A stretch of DNA of 63,947 bases from Octopus bimaculoides. Lineage: Eukaryota. The DNA is taken from the NCBI RefSeq assembly GCF_001194135.2, contig NC_068997.1, positions 43,388,151-43,452,097 of the forward strand, read 5' to 3'. Under the pieces are notes generated by a model. It was not told the origin of the DNA. It did no database searches and saw only the letters and a program-made list of their open reading frames with translations. Position numbers and translations under genes: made by a program. Below, piece by piece: positions 63,055 to 63,947 of this stretch (positions within the stretch are counted from its first letter, which is position 1; each line of letters opens with the position of its first letter).

Positions 63055-63215
63055 TACATGGCTTAGTGGTTAGGGTATTTGGCTCGCGATTGCAAGGTCA
63101 TGAGTTTGGTTTTTAGCAGTGCATTGTGTCCTTCAGCAAGACACTTTATTTCATGTATTGCTTCAGTCTACTCAGCTGACAAAATTGAGTTGTACCTGTA
63201 TTTCAAAAGGCCATC
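63055..63215 (+). mobile_element. tRNA-derived SINE carrying a GTGTCCTTxAGCAAGACACTT central box
   Basis: Head TGGCTTAGTGGTTAGGG. Related inverted copies at about 1240-1455, 18590-18745 and 43480-43625. Confidence 0.6.
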
Positions 63216-63356
63216 TAGAACCCATCTTGAATACGTCTCATTTTCTATTACTTCGCTAGATGTCTAATGAGATAAGTTCATTCTCTGAGTGCATGAAATT
63301 TCAAGGATAAAACTGTTATTAAAAAATAACATACATACTTTCTGATGAAAGTAGCA

Positions 63357-63445
63357 TTAAACCCTTTAGAATTCAGATTATTCTGTCGTATGTAATGCTT
63401 ATTCTAAGTATGTTCCAGACATACTTTAAATGCTAAAGGGTTAAT
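63357..63445. mobile_element. piggyBac-type MITE, minimal copy
   Basis: TTAAACCCTTTAGAATTCAGATTATTCTGTC ... AAATGCTAAAGGGTTAA. Confidence 0.6.
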
Positions 63446-63604
63446 TTTGTAGGTCGTTTCTCAACCAATCAATGGGTTGATTGAGTAAAGCTTTGAATAA
63501 CAAACTTATAATGACTACTGGAAACAACTGAGTCAAATTTACTCCAGTAAAGAAATATGTAATGACCCTTTTTTATGCCATGTCTATATGCATCCTTTTA
63601 TCCT

Positions 63605-63947
63605 TTTACTTGTTCCAGTCATTTGACTATGACCATGCTGGAGCATCACACTAAAGGGATTTAGTTAAACAAATGGACCCCAGGACTTATTTTTTTAAGC
63701 CTAGTACTTATTCTATCAGACTGTTTTGCCAAACCACTAAGTTATGGGAACATAAACACACCAACACTGGTTGGGGACAAACAGACATAAAAACACACAC
63801 ATAGATATATATACACACATATATATGACAGGTTTCTTTCAGTTTCTGTCTACCAGATCCACTCACAAGGCTTTGATTGGCCCAAGGTGCCATGCAATGG
63901 GACTGAACCCAGAACTATGTAGTTGGGAAGCAAGCTTCTTACCACAT
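63605..63947 (-). mobile_element. SINE family A, running off the window end
   Basis: Reverse-complement match to family A. Confidence 0.75.

Overview
AT-rich, repeat-dense eukaryotic genomic DNA with about 13 N-gaps. The SINE, RTE and microsatellite content suggests an octopus genome; this is inferred from repeat character, not from a database match. One host gene is supported: the 3' part of a + strand tetraspanin of the TSPAN13/31 (Drosophila Tsp97E-like) subfamily. It has internal exons at 12993-13211 and 28117-28269, then two paralogous terminal coding exons at 36899-36973 and 49590-49664. Both are in frame, each has its own acceptor and stop codon, and they differ mostly at synonymous sites. 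The 5' exons were not found (upstream of the window, or hidden in the 11791-12757 gap). Introns and flanks carry several tRNA-derived SINE families, RTE, CR1/L2 and CRE LINE fragments, mariner and piggyBac-type MITEs, a Helitron-like 3' end and many microsatellites. They also contain a full-length but disabled IS630/Tc1-type transposon (29897-31430). This element has an apparent 79-nt spliceosomal intron in its DDE domain, DD32E spacing, and eight tandem 21-bp TIR-core repeats at one end only. Most ORFs in the supplied track are microsatellite, gap or repeat artefacts. No database searches were run; family names rest on motif recognition.
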